A stretch of DNA of 34,169 nt, taken from contig MU619432.1 of NCBI GenBank assembly GCA_025201805.1, positions 1-34,169 on the forward strand, in the 5' to 3' direction. This DNA is from Parasitella parasitica NRRL 2501 (taxonomy: Eukaryota > Fungi > Mucoromycota). Below are positions 1 to 11,844 of the stretch, piece after piece. Position 1 is the stretch's first letter; every line of letters starts with the position of its first letter. The position numbers and the translations under genes were made by a program. The notes under the pieces were generated by a model. The model was not told the DNA's origin, did not search any database, and worked only from the letters and a program-made list of their open reading frames with translations.

Positions 1-1607
1 AGCAACATAAGCCCTGTTTTATGCTTCGTAAAAACACGCATGATCATCGCTATCTGAGCATAACTTGATTTCCACTGGGCAATGTCTCTATCAAACGTTT
101 TTTGGTTTTCTGTATCGGAGTTTGAAAAAAATCACGTGTTTTCGTTTTTCATGTTTGTATGGATTATCACAATAACATTGGAGCTGAAGCTTATAATGTG
201 CGATTTATCAATGTTGGTCATCATTGATGAGTATAAAACCACATCTTAAATCAATGCGAATATATTTGAGAAGTATTATATCGGATAATTGAACAGTTAT
301 ATTTCAGTACTGCGTGTGGAATCGATATAGGATGTTGTATGATTCACTGAAAGAAACTTAAAAAAAAAATGTCAAGTTGATGGACCTTTATAAGCTACAG
401 ATAAATAGAGACTATCGAATATTAACGTGTATGACAACAATTCTGATTTATTAAAATCTTTGATTCCGTGCTAATCGACATCTCTCATCAGCAGATTAAG
501 ATACGGTAAATTGGTATAAATCTATTTGAGTGAGAAGATAGGCTTTATCCGTAGTACCCTGATCAATTTTCTATATAGGAAGATTATTAATATCAGTTCA
601 TAAGCGTACATCATTTCTAGCATAGTCTTTTTTAGTCTATATTAATAGCACATGTCTGAGTGTATATGACTTGGTGTATATCACCTTAGCATATATTTGT
701 GTATGTATTATGTAATGAGCATATCTTTAACATTGCACATATTGTACAAGTCTGTAGTACATAATATATCTGTAGCTAGTATCATGAATATATGGAAATG
801 TCTTGTAGTGCGTATCTGGAAACTGAAGATACACATCCAAAGCTTAGATCTTAAATGTCACAAGCTCTTAGCGCATACTAAACCTAGTGAATTTCTAAGG
901 CCCGGGTTGAGATATAAGTAGAAGTCTATAGCTTCACTCATCCTAATGGTGCCATCTCCAGCCTATATCTTATATAGTATAAATCTGTATTGTACATCTT
1001 ATCATCTGTGCATATATGTGGTCTTTATTAATTTAAGGTAACTGGATGAATTTAGAAGTGAATGCAGATCATCATAGTGAATGTATTTCACATGGACAAA
1101 ATATGTTAGAAACGTTTGACGAAAATTGGATTACTATGTAATATCTATTCGCAATAAGCTATATTTTATCGTGATTAGATCCCTTAATTTACATAAATTG
1201 TATTTGATTTACCTCATGCCCTAATTTAATTACGCATATTTTATTTTTCATCAATTATTTCTTTTTTATAAGCTGGGCAATTGTAAAACTGATGCTTGCT
1301 ACGATGTAGAATGATCTGCTCAGGCAAATTATTTTATTCTGCAAATTCTATTTTTGCTCACAATAGCGCTTGCCTTATTTCGCTATAAGGTATACTTGAA
1401 TTTGTGGTAAGAGAAACGAAACAAAAGGGAGAAGTCCAGCCACGTTGGGAATGGTCCCTCATTTGAACATAGTTTCTCATCATCTCTTGAAGGTAATATT
1501 TATAAAACAAGAGAAAAGCGGACAGTGCTTGTTAATTACCTGTTTTTTTATTTTATAGAATGTTATAAAATGATTTTATATACTTATAGGGAAAGGGATT
1601 TTATATA

Positions 1608-3386
1608 CTAAATGGCTTGTAGTTCACCCAAGACTGTTAGAATGTATTTGGACACTTTGGGCCTTTGGATTGCCAACAAAGTCAATTCACTTTCGTAAGG
1701 CAAGTAAAAGGTGTGATGTTGCTTATTTCTTGCCAGATTTCGCAGTAGTAATGCAGATGTTAATGGAATACCGGATACTTCAGAGTCGTCAATTGGGATT
1801 TTGGCAACTGTAAATGTCTGTTTCGAAGGAAGTTGCTTTTTGGTCTTACTTGCGAAATGTGTTCGCATATGTTGAATTGCATGCTGTTTACCGTCAAGGG
1901 ATCGAGTACACTTCATCCAGTGGCATTGTGTAGAGTCGTTTAAATGTGCTTCAATAATGTGTTTGTGGAGTTCCGCAGGGCTGTCAAAATTTTGATTACA
2001 TCCATCCCAGTGGCAAATAGGCCCTACGATATATTTTCAATCTCTCAAATCCAGTTCTCTTTAACTTTCACTTTACCCTCTCTTCTTCTAGTAGGTGATA
2101 ATTTTACATTGCAAAGAATTGTTGCCGCCGGATCAGACCCATTGAACGATTCTTCTACTGAGGGAGGTTGGGGAAATGCGATTTTCAGCACTGTATAAAA
2201 TTCTTTTAACCCCAAAGGTTTCTCTGAGCCAAACAACTTCTGATATTCAACAAATATGTCTTTCAAAACAATCTTATCCGCTTCTGATCCGGTCATTAAT
2301 TGGTCTTTTAGCCTAATCGAAAAAAAAAAAAGAATGTGAGTTAACTAGACTTGGCAAATTGTTGCTTCATGTACCATCCAAGACAGCGATACGGCTCATC
2401 CAAGTGTTGATAATTAGTCAAATCAGGAATTGTAGGTTTTTGGGAGGTAGCTGATTCAGGCACTTTGATCAATTGTGCTGCAGGTATACCATGAAGTGTG
2501 CCAATAGCAGACGCAGATGGAGGAGCCAAAGATGACTTGTATGATAAGAATCCGGCCAACAAACCTACGAGGTTACCAGGATAACATCTGATGAGTTGTG
2601 CTGAGAAATTCCCACGTAAACTAGAGTATTGATACAAATATTCCAATGCTGCTGCTGCCAATTCTTCGTCATCGATCATTAGAAATTGAGCCATGCGTTG
2701 AATAACATCCAAATCGGCATATCCCAATACACGCTCATTAGTTTCTGTGACAGCAACACGAGTTAAGGCACGAATAGCACCTAAAATATATGCACGATCA
2801 TTGGTAAATAGCAAGTGAATCATAGTTGTCAGATATGGATCTTCTCGACTGACAAGCGATACTTGAGGCGCTATATTTTCTAAAATATCCAAGCAATGTC
2901 TACTTAACTCGCCATATTGAGAATTGGGCGGTAATGCGATTCCTTTCATGAGTAAAAGCAAGAGGCGCTCGTGTACTGCCAGCCGACGAATATTCATTTC
3001 GAGAAAACTGAAATTGCGTAGAATGTGAAAAACTTGTAATACGCGCTCGTAGGTTTCTTGCTGTGCCTTGCCACAAAAAACATTTGTTATATTCTGATCT
3101 TTTCCAATTTCATGTTGAAAGAAATCGACAGTAAAATCTAACAAAAGGTCGATTAAAGTGGGAATAAAATCAAGAGAGAAATTTTCGGATGCATAGGAAA
3201 ATTTGATGAGTGTGTTGAAAGCCCAGTCAATTTCATTTGGCAGACTGGATTGAAGTGAGAGTAATATACGTGTTCTAAACTCTTGATCTTTGAATACAGC
3301 TTGTTTCATAATCAGGGTTAGTACGGACGCATTGCAATACCCTTTTCCTCGCCCCTCTCCCTCTTTTTACCTTGTTGATATGCCAT
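1608..3386 (-). CDS. RSC9: RSC9/ARID2-like chromatin-remodelling subunit (ARM-like region, winged-helix-like region, C-terminal C2H2 zinc fingers), ~540 aa, 4 exons
   Basis: Exons 3386-3341, 3299-2375, 2312-2077 and 2023-1608 join in frame through GT-AG introns (1623 nt). RILLSLQSSLPNEIDWAFNTL is typical of Rsc9/ARID2. The last exon encodes CHWDGC..H...H and CHWMKC..H...H fingers and ALLLRNLAR. Exon 1 rests on a 41-nt intron with a TACTAAC branch point; an alternative start is the ATG at 3309. Confidence 0.82.
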
Positions 3387-3757
3387 TGTTCGTTTAAGGA
3401 AGCAAGAAGAATATTCTGTAATTGATTTCTTTTTGATACTATAATTGGTGTCCGATAAAATATAAATACGAAGATGTCGTTTGGTTTCGTTCCCCAAGCG
3501 AGGAGTAATCTAAACAGTGGTTTCCAAGAAAAGTGAAGAAGCTGTAGTTGATGGAACAAAAATGTTTTACAGCTCGTAAAATCTGATTTGAAATACAGAC
3601 ATGCCTGTTAAATGATAACATACGTCTCAGTGGCAAGTATAACGCTGTTATTAGTTATTCATTAAGGAAATTATAATATGTATTTTAAGTAATGTAATTT
3701 GAATATGTGATGTATATATGTAATAGCTTTTAGTGCGTGAAAAGGGTATAAGGTGAG

Positions 3758-5665
3758 TTATATTGCATTCGTTTTCAGTTTCATCATGGAATAGCATAGC
3801 AGTTCTTTTGGTATCTTTGTAAAATCTAATGAGAGTTTTTTTAGTGTAAGTAATCTTTGATCTATAAAATGCCTGAACGTTTCATCAGTAACGTTCAAGT
3901 TGGCATAAGAAAGATCAAGCGTATGCAGTTTTTGGCATGTTGCTAATTGCTGCAAAACGCCATCATTGACGGTGTTCAAGTATGATAAATCGACACGCTC
4001 TAATAAAGGGCTTTGAGCAAAAAGAGTTGCTAAACCTTTAGAAGTTACACCATGGCATTCTCTGAGGTGTAGGTTCTTTAGATTTTTCATTGGAGTATCG
4101 CCCAAAAGCCCTTGGTCAGAGATAATTGTGTTGCCTCTCAAATCTAACGTTTCTAAAGCTGCTTGTGAACCATGCAAAAAGTTTTTGAGGACAACATCTG
4201 TAAGCATATGTGTTAGATGGATTTTAATCTGTTTCCATGGATACTGAGGCTTGTAAAAGTAAGGTTCGTATCTCTTTTCGTCAGGCTGTCTAGGTGATAG
4301 TTGGTACAAATCAAATTGCTGGCAGTAACGGTTTCGCTCGTATTCAAAACATTCCAACTTCGGGCAGTTTGTCTGTAAAATATTAAGGACCGGAATGATA
4401 TCCACAAGGCAACGGTTTAAAACAAGCTTCTTCAAGTTTGGGCATCGAATTATGATACTTGCTAAATGGCTTACTGTTAAACCGTGAATTCCAGAGAGTT
4501 CCAATGTTTCTACGTGTGGTAGTTGACTTTGAATTTTCAGTGTCTCCGTAAAAGCTGCTGGAAACCTGTCTCCAAAGTTTTCCAACCTGTACGAAGCACC
4601 ACTATGTAACTGAGCGTCGTATAGCGAGGTAAAGCAATCTTGAACTTTAAGATGTTTAAGCTGAGTGCAGATTCTGGGAAGCAAATCCATAATGTCATTT
4701 AGACGTAAAGAGACACCACCCCAATGTAGCGTATGTAGAGTTGATCCAATATATTCAAGGGTATTGAAAAATAATGCAGGTGTGCAAATCATATCTGAAA
4801 TTACTACATGCAACGTGTGAGAATAGAAGACGATTGCTTTATAGCGCAAATACGTACTCAAAGTTTTTAAACGATGACATTGCTGTTGAGCTAATAGTGC
4901 CAGTAATATGCCATCACCATCAGCCTGTTGGTGCCTTATCACTAATTTAGTCAAGGATATTTTTCCCAAGCGGCTTAAATAAGCATTTACAGTCGCAATT
5001 GGAAGATGCGTAGCTCGTTTTGCAAACTCTAGTTCATTCCAAAGGTGTGGGCTAGATACTAAGAAATGTCTCCAGCTCTTGGATACGCGTGAACATTTGA
5101 CCAATGACGGCAAATCCAAACACAGAAATATATTCAGCACTACATCGTAAGGTAGTCTATCCAAGATATCATTACGGCGAATACATCTGACATGCTGAAT
5201 TCCTTCATAAGCCAATCTTTTATCATGTATCACTTTGGCTGAGCGGGGCGCTTGATTTAGCACCTCCCAAGCCAATGTATAATCACATCGACTCATGTAA
5301 ATATCACTTGCTATCAAATACCACTGTTCTGAAGAGCATTTCTTGGTCTGCTCCAAGCAAGTAAGAACTGCTCGATGCCAATGACCCAATGCTAACAAAC
5401 ATTGGATTTGATACCAAGCGCAAATCGAAGAATTATATTCATGTCTCTCGCCTAGTTCATAAAATATTCTAAATGCTTCGGTATAGTTTCGTCGATACCA
5501 CAAGTCTTTTGCTGTATTAAATATATCTTGTAATGATTGACATTGTTGCGGTTGAGAATGTATTATGCTAATTCACAATGTCACACAAAATTAGCTGCCA
5601 ATACAATCGAAATTCAAATTTTTGTACCTTGATAAAAAACAAGAAATTAAACATAGCGTTGCCAT
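3758..5665 (-). CDS. TPR + F-box + leucine-rich repeat protein (Dia2/Pof3-like architecture), ~597 aa, 3 exons
   Basis: Exons 5665-5628, 5567-4858 and 4803-3758. It has the F-box motif DILDRLPYDVVLNIFLCL..CSRVSKSWR, N-terminal TPR-like helices and many LxxLxL repeats. The 54-nt GTACGT..TAG intron (4857-4804) is read through in the ORF track. Confidence 0.85.
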
Positions 5666-5838
5666 AATAGCATATATGCTTTAATAAAGGAAATGTATAT
5701 ATAATGTTATAAAAAACGAAGGAAAATGAAAAAGTGTTGAAATTGCAAAAGAAAAAGAAGGGGAGAGAATATTTAGTCTGTTGAGATAGATATTGCAAAA
5801 AAAAAAAAGGAAAATTACGGGTTCCCTGAATTGGTCCC

Positions 5839-6867
5839 TTAAATTTTAGGTATGATGCCGATATGCCATGCCAATCTTTTTGTATGGTTATTTTCATTTT
5901 CCATTATACTTTGGTGGACACACCAAACTCTTTTGTGGTGTCGTACTGTTTCCACTGCTCTTTCGTTTTCAACTTCAGTCATTGTGTGCCGGTTAGTGTT
6001 AGGATTGTATTGTGGGTGGTCTTGATGTTGGTGCGCTAATTCTCCTGGCATTACCCCTAATCCATCATCATCAATCTCGTTCTGTTCATCTTGTTCTTCC
6101 TCTTCATCATCAAACAGAATTGAATCATGTCCAACAATAATGGCTGCTAATGTATGACACCACCTTAACAACATCCATAATCCTTCCGCTTTAACTGCCG
6201 GTACAACTAAATACCTTAATCTCGGACATTTCGCAACGATAAGCCTGGCGACAGACGAAGTTAGCACATCATATGGGTTTAGTGTCAATGCTAACAGATC
6301 AGACCCAAATGTAGGCAGAATAGCGTTGCTGAGAGCGCCTGGGTGGTGGAAATAGTGCGAGATTTGTGTCAATGTTGGGGTTTTTTCAGGCACTAATTCA
6401 CTCGGGAAGATGAAAAATGAGGGGCAACACGGGAAATACGTTGTTGTTTGATAAGTTGAATTGAATACGGCCAAATCCTCGTCCACTAACAAATAACCTG
6501 GTATGTCCGTCGCCATGAAACATGTATTATGGCGCATTATTGGTATACATTGAACAAGCTGTTTAGGGTATATATTGCTTTGCAAAAATTCCAATCTCGG
6601 GCATAATGTCAAAATCAGTTCATAGGCAGAATCTGAAAAGTATTGTCCTTGTGGCAGTTTAATAGTTTCTATTGAAAGGCCATACATTTCACAGAATGAA
6701 ATAACTTGTGCCTCGTCTATATTTTTGTCGGGAAAGATGGCCTTTTTGTACACTCTTTGTCTAGCTAAATGAAATGTGTGTTTACAGACAAATAAATAGG
6801 GTGTCAGATAAGCTGGATCTGTCAAATCTATTATGTTCTGTATCAATTCATTTGGCAGAAGAGTCAT
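5839..6867 (-). CDS. F-box-like/LRR-like hypothetical protein with acidic tract
   Basis: Single ORF from the ATG at 6867 (MTLLPNELIQNII..LFVCK, F-box-like). It has two CPRL repeats and a DDEEEEQDEQ tract. Confidence 0.7.
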   Translation of the reverse strand: MTLLPNELIQNIIDLTDPAYLTPYLFVCKHTFHLARQRVYKKAIFPDKNIDEAQVISFCEMYGLSIETIKLPQGQYFSDSAYELILTLCPRLEFLQSNIYPKQLVQCIPIMRHNTCFMATDIPGYLLVDEDLAVFNSTYQTTTYFPCCPSFFIFPSELVPEKTPTLTQISHYFHHPGALSNAILPTFGSDLLALTLNPYDVLTSSVARLIVAKCPRLRYLVVPAVKAEGLWMLLRWCHTLAAIIVGHDSILFDDEEEEQDEQNEIDDDGLGVMPGELAHQHQDHPQYNPNTNRHTMTEVENERAVETVRHHKRVWCVHQSIMENENNHTKRLAWHIGIIPKI

Positions 6868-7548
6868 CGAGACAAATTTAAAGTAAAAGAATACAAATAA
6901 AAGGGGGGGGGTAAATATACACACAGAAAGACCTACTGATTTTGTGCTTCACATGCTCAAACACCGAAATAAGATTGCTTGCATACTATTTTAGAAAGTG
7001 ACGATTGAAGTTGTATCGTTCCATCAAAAAGTTGTCAGCTTTCATTTCCAAATTATATCAAGCGTTCAAAAATTACGGTGTAGAATAAAGTATAAGCTGT
7101 AGAGTCCGATTTGCAAAATAGTTTCCTTTTGTTGCAAATGCAAACAAAATGACAGTTAACTTAGGTAAAATATTGAGAATGCATTTTTACAATGTACTTG
7201 AGGGGTTTTTTTAACATGTTAAAAAAAGCAAACTTGTAGCCATAATACATGTGATCCATTTACAAAATACTTTTCCCCATTAACATTCTATCATTTTGTC
7301 AGACAAAATCGTGGTAAGAAGAGAACATACTGCGTTTAAAATACAATGGTCAATAAATCATCAAGGATAATGTACCTATCCATATATCACCCTATTAAAC
7401 CTCCAGGGCATAAATCTGCTTTCCTTCCTAAACTAGTTGAAAAAGTTTGGCCCAAGGTTAAGTATCTTGATAAAAGAACAATGCTCAACTCATCGAGTAA
7501 CCATACTTCCCGAATTTTCCGTATAATAAAAAAATACTTTTATTATGT

Positions 7549-9564
7549 TTACAGTTTAGATTTAGTAGTCTTCTGCTGTTTCTCTTTCTCGTACATTTGA
7601 CGCAAATCTTTTCTCAAGATTTTACCAGATACACTCTTGGGTACCACATCAATCAACTGGATTCCACCTCTGAGTCTTTTGTAATGGATCACGATGGTAT
7701 CAATAAAGCTGTGTATCTGCTTAATAGCTTCTTGCTCCTCTAAAGTTTTGCCCAGAGTTGACAAAGATATATAAGCTCTTGGAACCTCTGTCTGTCTTTT
7801 CTCGTCAAAAATACCAATGACGGCAGCATCAGAAACCAAAGGGCATTTAAGCAAAGTATCTTCTAGTTCAGCAGGGGCAATTTGAAGCGCATTGTATTTG
7901 ATCAATTCTTTGCAACGGTCGACAATAAACCAATTTCCTGATTTATCAACATAGCCAATATCGCCTGTGTGAAGATAGCCATTGCTATCTATGGTTTCAG
8001 CAGTTGCCTTGGGATTATCGATATATCCCAACATAACAATTGGTCCCTTAATACAAATTTCTCCTCGCTCCCCTTCAGGTAAATCTGTGAATGCATACAA
8101 TACAAAGTTCAGCTCTCCGAAAGCTCCTTTATGCCTAATTATGCTTACATACCATTGCCATTTTCATCAACAACTTTTGCATGAATCCCACCAATCATAC
8201 GCCCCACTGATCCAGGTACATAATTTTCCACAGTTTGAGCTGTCAGAACGGAGGCAACCTCGGTCATACCATAACCCTGGGTATCCGTCAGTTGGCTATA
8301 AGCATATACATGGAATAAACAAAAGGAAAAGAGCTTACTTGCAGCACAGGCTTTTTGAATTTCTTTGTTATAGCCTCTGCCATTGCCAATGAAACCGGAG
8401 CGGCGCCAACGTGGAATGCCTCCACATGAGAGAAATCATATTTATCGACTATTTGAGGAAAATTCAGAAGGTGCAAAAGAATTGGAGGTACCGCAACCAC
8501 GCTAGTAACTTTGTATTTATCTATCATTTGGCACATCTTTTCCAAATCATAATGAGCCATGAGAACGGTGGTTCTCCCTTCAAAAATCGACATGTTTATG
8601 AAGCGGAAGATTCCTAAAATGTGAAATAAAGGAACAAAGGCAATCAGGTTGCCGTTATTTTGCAATGAATTGCTGGTTTTGGTCAACCGATTGAGTTCTA
8701 TAGCGTTTGCAATAAAATTACTATGGCTACGTACATCAAATAATCAATAACTAGTAAGGATAATTTTGCACTACTTGTATGCGTTACCTGATTTTTACAC
8801 CTTTAGGAGGACCTTTTTGAAATATGAGTATATAAAAAGAGAATCAGTGTCTAATTCAAGAGGATAGAGAGTTGATCCATAATTTTTACCCGTCGTTCCA
8901 CTAGAGAAACAGAGATAAGCAAGTGCATTTCTACATTCTGTGGTTGTGAGTTTAATCGGGTCGGCCTCCTCTGGGGAATCAGCAACAACAGCTTTCCAAT
9001 GCTTTACTCTCCCTTGGGGATCGTTGTCAATACACCATACTCTCGACGTAGGGATACCCACCAATGCAGCAGCTTCGAGAGCATTATTTAAATTAGATGA
9101 GTGAGCAATCAAATATTTCGCTCTAGACATAGCAAGAAGCTTCTCTAGCTCTTGGACATTAAAGACTGGGTTTGTAGGACTAATATGTCCACCTTCAAAG
9201 CATGGTTAATGCGTGCAATTTTATCATAATAACCAACATATATACCTGATGCCAGCACACTCAAAAAGATGGGAGGGACACTCAACTGTTGACTGGTTAG
9301 TTATCACTACCAACAGATTTCCATCTGGTTATATATACTTGCATGATTAGGACTATAGACACAAACACAGTCGCCTCGCTGTAGACCGATCCTTTGGAAT
9401 CCGGCCGTTGCTTGACGGATCAATTTCTTCAGCTCTCCATAAGAAACACTATCATCTGTGTTGGCATCAATGTAAATGGGCTTGCTATCAGGTACATTGC
9501 GGTCATTGCTCAATACTAAATCTACGAGATTAGTGTAGTTGTATGTATTTTCCTTGAAAATCAT
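7549..9564 (-). CDS. 4-coumarate-CoA ligase-like / luciferase-like acyl-CoA synthetase, peroxisomal (C-terminal SKL), ~7 exons
   Basis: After splicing it shows the adenylation motifs YLCFSSGTTGPPKGV, QGYGMTE, GEICIKGP, LHTGDIG, IVDRCKELIK and PKSVSGKILR. It ends ..TTKSKL (PTS1). Confidence 0.92.
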
Positions 9565-10168
9565 GGTAGAAAATGGGAAAAAGAAAAGAGGAGCATGTGC
9601 AAGTGTTTATTTGTGCGGTTTGATACATGACCTGTTTAAGGGGTAAAATTTAATGATAGGTGGCAATTTGGTTTTTCCTTTAGCTACCCAAACACAAGTA
9701 CTAGCTGTTAGCTGCACAAATCTTTCCAGCTTTTCTTTAAACATTAGCTTTCACAAGTATATAGCTTGCACTCTGGCTGAAAAATGGCCTTGTAGGAGAT
9801 GTTACAGTGGTCTAAAAGTTTCTCATGGTCTTTCAAACCAAATGCTCAAGATGCAAGCACACATATTGGCTTCATCTCATCGTGTTAATGTGCCACATAC
9901 TCGAGATATCGCTCCAAAATCATAAAATAAAGTGTGAAATAAGCAATATAATGTTCTATCCATTAATTGAATACAGTCTCTCACCAATTTTAGATTTTCA
10001 TGCTCATTTGCAAGCGCACCTGCCAAAGACCATCAAACTTTCGCTGGTTGAAAACTTATGACGTGGACTAGCAAGAAACGTAATCTAAATGTTGGTAAAA
10101 GAAGAAGCGTTTTGTACAAGTGTTGCTTTCCTTCTTCATCAGTGTAAAAAAGTACATATTGAAACAAC

Positions 10169-11756
10169 ATGTCAGACGGAAGATTAGAAAAGATGGACAA
10201 GGATTTCAGTCCTCAAGTTGATGCTCTTTTGCCTGAAACTGAAGGGTTAGCCAAGGTAACAAATGCACAAATGTCCATGACGCGTTGATTAACTTGACTC
10301 TTTGGATTGTAGCAAGGAAAGCTGAATGAAGCTTTGGAAAAACTACTGTCGCTTGAAAAGCAAGCTAGAAATGTAAGACCATGATACTGATGGCGATAGT
10401 AACCGGCATATGAAGAATTAACCACTATAAATAGGCTGCTGATCAAGCATCAACAGGCCGTATCCTTGTTCAAGTTGTTACTTTGTGCTATCAAGCCAAA
10501 GATTGGAAGCTCTTGAACGAACAGATTGTCTTGCTCTCAAAGAAACATGGCCAACTTAAAGCTGTAAGTAGCAATGCGTGTTTAAACTCGAGAAGGAGAG
10601 ATCATAATATTAAACTGTCTACAACATAGGCTACTTCGAAGATGATTCAGGAAGCAATGACATACCTCGACTCAACACCTGATATGGATACAAAGCTTGA
10701 ATTGATCGACACACTTCGCACTGTCACTGATGGCAAGATTTATGTCGAAGTTGAACGTGCACGCATAACTCGTCTGTTATCAAAGATCCGCGAAGATGAA
10801 GGCAAGATGGCCGAAGCTGCTGATATCCTTCAAGAGCTTCAAGTAGAGACATTCGGTTCAATGGATAAGCGTGAAAAGGTCGATTTTATCCTGGAACAAA
10901 TGAGACTTTGCTTGGCCAAGTCTGACTACATTAGAACCCAAATTATCTCTAAAAAGATCAACACCAAGTTCTTCCAAGACAAGGAGAATGAAGATCTCAA
11001 GCTCAGGTTCTATGATCTGATGATTCAACATGCTCTGCACGAAGACCAGTATTTAAACGTCCACAAATTCTACAAGCAAATCTACGATTCAGAATCTATT
11101 CAAGAAGACGAAGCCAAGTGGAAGGAAGCGCTCCAAAATGCCGTGCTATTTGTTGTATTGGCGCCTTATGATAACGAGCAATCCGATTTACTTCATCGAA
11201 CTTACGAAGATGTCAAATTAACACAGATCCCTCAGTATCAAGAGATCGCCAAATGCTTTGTCACCAGTGAACTGATGCGTTGGTCTGAAATCGAGTCAAC
11301 CTATGGTCAAATGTTGAATCAATCAGCAGCTTTCAATGGTACTACTCCAGAAGGGCAAAAGAGAGTAAAGGAGCTTCATAATCGTGTGGTTGAACATAAT
11401 ATCCGTGTCATTGCCAAATACTATACTCGCGTAACTACAAAGAGATTGACTGAACTTATTGATCTGAATGAAAAGGATGCTGAAGAATTTTTGTCTAAAT
11501 TGGTTGTATCAAAGACAATTTATGCTCGCATTGATCGCTCTGCTGGTGTTGTTAATTTCCAAACCAAGAAGGACGCCAACGAGATTTTGAACAACTGGTC
11601 TAATGACATCAACTCATTATTGAGTCTGATTGAAAAGACATGTCATTTGATTTCAAAGGAGGTGAGTTTTGCCTGATTATCTTTTTTGATGAATAACAGC
11701 TAATACAATGCCGGCTTTTGTAGGAAATGGTTCACAGCATCGCAAAGGTTAAATAA
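10169..11756 (+). CDS. RPN5: 26S proteasome lid subunit Rpn5/PSMD12 (PCI domain), 446 aa, 5 exons
   Basis: Exons 10169-10255, 10313-10372, 10435-10563, 10630-11661 and 11724-11756. Hallmarks include [41 protein letters not shown] and HLISKEEMVH. Confidence 0.97.
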
Positions 11757-11844
11757 ATAAATTAATAAAGTTCGCATATACACACAATTCTTTGCATGAT
11801 TAAAATAGGAACTGTATGCTTTATGACGAAAAGTGTTTTATTTA

